A stretch of 64,000 nt of DNA from positions 1 to 64,000 of the forward strand of contig JAUCBJ010009153.1 in NCBI GenBank assembly GCA_032718475.1, given 5' to 3'. This DNA is from Nemertoderma westbladi. Lineage: Eukaryota; Animalia; Xenacoelomorpha. Under the pieces are notes generated by a model that saw only the letters and a program-made list of their open reading frames with translations, was not told the DNA's origin and searched no databases. Made by a program: the position numbers and the translations under genes. Shown one piece after another: positions 61,190 to 64,000 of the stretch; position 1 is the first letter of the stretch; each line of letters begins with the position of its first letter.

Positions 61190-62263
61190 GGCCTGATGGG
61201 TGTAGGTTCTATAGACTGGTTCAAGTCCTACCTGTCAGACAGAGGTCAAACTGTAGTCATTAGCAAATCGCTGTCTACTGTACAAGAGATTACCTGTGGT
61301 GTACCGCAAGGTAGTATATTAGGTCCTCTGCTTTTTGTATGCTATGTAAATGATATGATAAGTAGTATAGATCCCGATTTTAAACTCATTTTATATGCCG
61401 ACGACAGTGCTCTTATTTTCTCTCATAAAGATCCTATCCATATTTCCCAAAAGTTAAGTGCAGTTCTAGAATCCTGTAATGAGTGGTTGGTTGATAATAA
61501 GCTATCCATTCACTACGGTAAAACTGAAAGTATTTTGTTTGGTTCCAAAAGAAAGTTAAAGAAGGTAACTAAGTTTGAAGTCACTAGTAATGGACATAAG
61601 ATTGAAAATAAATAGGAAGTTAAATATTTAGGCGCCACATTAGATAACTGCTTATCAGGAGAAAGTACAGTGAAAAATATTTTCTCGAAAGTTAACAGTA
61701 GGCTTAGGTTTCTATACAGAAATAAAAATAGTTTGAACACCGACTCCCGCAAGTTACTTTGCTCTTCTTTAATACAGTGTCACATGGACTACGCATGCTC
61801 TTCTTGGTATGAAGGCTTAACCAAACAGCTTAAATGTAAATTACAAGTAGCTCAGAATAAAGTAGTACGATTTATTAAAGACTACAAACCTAGACACCAC
61901 CTAACTCCAGATGACTTTTCTGAATCTGGACTACTTAACTTAGATAGTAGAGTTAAGCAGCTACGCCTTAACCATGTGCATAAAGTGTATAATGGTAAAT
62001 GTCCCAATTACCTAAAACAAAAATTCAACAGAGTACGCGATACACACTCTTACAGTACCAGAGCTAGTGCTTCAAACTTCTACCTCCCGAATTGTAAATC
62101 CTTCGAATCTGATACTTTCTTTTTTAACGGCATAAAAAATTGGAACGCTCTGCCTAATGAAATTAAAAACCTAAATAATCAACATTCTTTTAAATCTGCA
62201 GTTAAATCTCATCTCCGTGTGCAATGTAAAAATAGGTACAATAGTCCTACAGTAAGTTATTAG
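61190..62263 (+). pseudogene. Crack/L2-like RT fragment with one in-frame TAG
   Basis: WFKSYLSDR, GVPQGSILGPLLF, LYADD, ENK*EVKYLG (TAG 61613-61615), DYACSSW, WNALP; the two listed ORFs share one frame. Confidence 0.92.
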
Positions 62264-62451
62264 TTTATTAATTATTTACTATTTATACTGTAATTACGTT
62301 TTTAATAAATTGTTCTGTACATTACATCTTTATCGTTGAGTCGGGCATTGTCACGCTCTCGGTAAAGTTGTACATGTACATAGTGTAATTACGTTTTATA
62401 TTCGTTTAGGTTAGCGTAGTGTAATATTGTATTTGTAACCAAGTAACATAA

Positions 62452-62495
62452 AGGACCCCCTTGGAAATAAGCTGCAAAGCTTTAGGGGTAATCCT
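62452..62495 (+). other. Putative 3' UTR stem-loop (RT recognition element) of the Crack-like LINE
   Basis: AGGACCCC can pair with GGGGT-AA-TCCT, enclosing an AAGC-tgcaaa-GCTT hairpin. Confidence 0.5.
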
Positions 62496-62598
62496 ATATG
62501 TTATGTTGGACAATACCTTTATACCGGTACATTGTTTGGTGTATTTGTTATTGTTTTTACATAATGTATAAATAAATCTATAAAATAAATCTATCTAT

Positions 62599-64000
62599 GG
62601 CACTCTACCGGTACTACCTAGTAAAACAAACAAAGTTCGGCACTCTACCGGTACTACCTAGTAAAACAAACAAAGTGCGGCACTCTACCGGTACTACCTA
62701 GTAAAACAAACAAAGTGCGGCACTCTACCGGTACCACCTAGTGAAACAAACAAAGTTCGGCACTTTACCGGTACTACCTAGTAAAACAAACAAAGTGCGG
62801 CACTCTACCAGTACTACCTAGTAAAACAAACAAAGTGCGGCACTCTACCGGTACTACCTAGTAAAACAAACAAAGTTCGGCACTCTACCGGTACTACCTA
62901 GTAAAACAAACAAAGTGCGGCACTCTACCAGTACTACCTAGTAAAACAAACAAAGTGCGGCACTCTACCGGTACTACCTAGTAAAACAAACAAAGTTCGG
63001 CACTCTACCGGTACTACCTAGTAAAACAAACAAAGTGCGCCACTTTACCGGTACTACCTAGTAAAACAAACAAAGTGCGGCACTCTACCGGTACTACCTA
63101 GTAAAACAAACAAAGTGCGGCACTCTACCGGTACTACCTAGTAAAACTCAAAGTCCGGCACTCTACCAGTACTACCTAGTAAAACAAACAAAGTGCGGCA
63201 CTCTAACGGTACTACCTAGTAAAACTCAAAGTTCGGCTCTCTACCGGTACTACCTAGTAAAACAAACAAAGTGCGGCACTCTACCAGTACTACCTGGTGA
63301 AACAAACAAAGTTCGGCACTCTACCAGTACTACCTAGTAATACAAACAAAGTGCGGCACTCTACCAGTACTACCTAGTAAAACTCAAAGTTCGGCACTCT
63401 ACCGGTACTACCTAGTAAAACAAACAAAGTGCGGCACTCTACCAGTACTACCTAGTAAAACTCAAAGTTCGGCACTCTACCGGTACTACCTAGTAAAACA
63501 AACAAAGTGCGGCACTCTACCGGTACTACCTAGTAAAACAAACAAAGTGCGGCACTCTACCGGTACTACCTAGTAAAACAAACAAAGTGCGGCACTCTAC
63601 CGGTACTACCTAGTAAAACTCAAAGTCCGGCACTCTACCAGTACTACCTAGTAAAACAAACAAAGTGCGGCACTCTAACGGTACTACCTATTAAAACTCA
63701 AAGTTCGGCACTCTACCGGTACTACCTAGTAAAACAAACAAAGTGCGGCACTCTACCAGTACTACCTGGTGAAACAAACAAAGTTCGGCACTCTACCAGT
63801 ACTACCTAGTAATACAAACAAAGTGCGGCACTCTACCAGTACTACCTAGTAAAACTCAAAGTTTGGCAATCTACCAGTACTACCTAGTAAAACAAACAAA
63901 GTTCGGCACTCTACCAGTACTACCTAGTGAAACTCAAAGTTCGTCCATCTACCAGAACTACCTAGTAAAACAAACAAAGTTCGGCACTCTACCAGTACTA
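62599..64000 (+). repeat. 40/38-bp satellite array (block 6, continues beyond window end)
   Basis: Same monomer; shares rare variants with 50.2-52.0 kb. Confidence 0.99.

Larger units (their letters stand above)
61188..62598 (+). mobile_element. 5'-truncated CR1/L2-group LINE, Crack-like
   Basis: RT C-terminal half; 3' UTR with AGGACCCC...GGAAATAAG motif as recalled from Crack elements; AATAAA and (CTAT)-like tail; essentially blunt insertion (caaagtt|...|ggcact). Confidence 0.88.

Noticed and set aside
20933-61615. In-frame TAG in two elements (20933, 61613) as stop-codon reassignment or readthrough
   Set aside because: TAG ends ORFs normally elsewhere (ORF1 at 4487, CRE ORF at 22492). Single substitutions (e.g. 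TAY to TAG, CAG to TAG) explain both.
1-64000. 40-bp repeats as a CRISPR array
   Set aside because: Units are contiguous with no unique spacers, no cas genes are present, and the context is eukaryotic retroelements.

Overview
Eukaryotic, probably invertebrate animal, heterochromatin-type region. About 34 kb (~53%) is one tandem satellite with a 40-bp monomer, consensus CGGCACTCTACC(A/G)GTACTACCTAGTAAAACAAACAAAGTG. A 38-bp variant carries CTCAAAG, and the array has nested higher-order repeats. Seven retroelement insertions from five lineages interrupt it: (1) an apparently intact 7.1-kb RTEX-like LINE (1207-8292, minus strand); (2) a 5'-truncated CRE-clade RLE element; (3) a full-length but disrupted CRE-clade element with an N-terminal CXC-like Cys cluster; (4) a large BEL/Pao LTR element with long UTRs and no recognisable 3' LTR; (5, 6) two near-identical RTE copies in inverted orientation, one nested in the BEL RNase H motif with an 11-bp TSD; (7) a 5'-truncated Crack/L2-group LINE. 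No host genes, RNA genes or CRISPR arrays were seen. The most unusual item is the 1190-aa ORF1 of the RTEX-like LINE. It combines a SAP-like domain, a 9-aa repeat linker, a PIP-degron-like motif, two SUMO-interacting-like motifs and a Ulp1/C48 SUMO-protease-like domain ahead of the usual coiled-coil and RRM-like ORF1 core. This is a candidate LINE-encoded anti-silencing or chromatin-targeting module. All clade and domain calls come from motif recognition by eye, not database searches.
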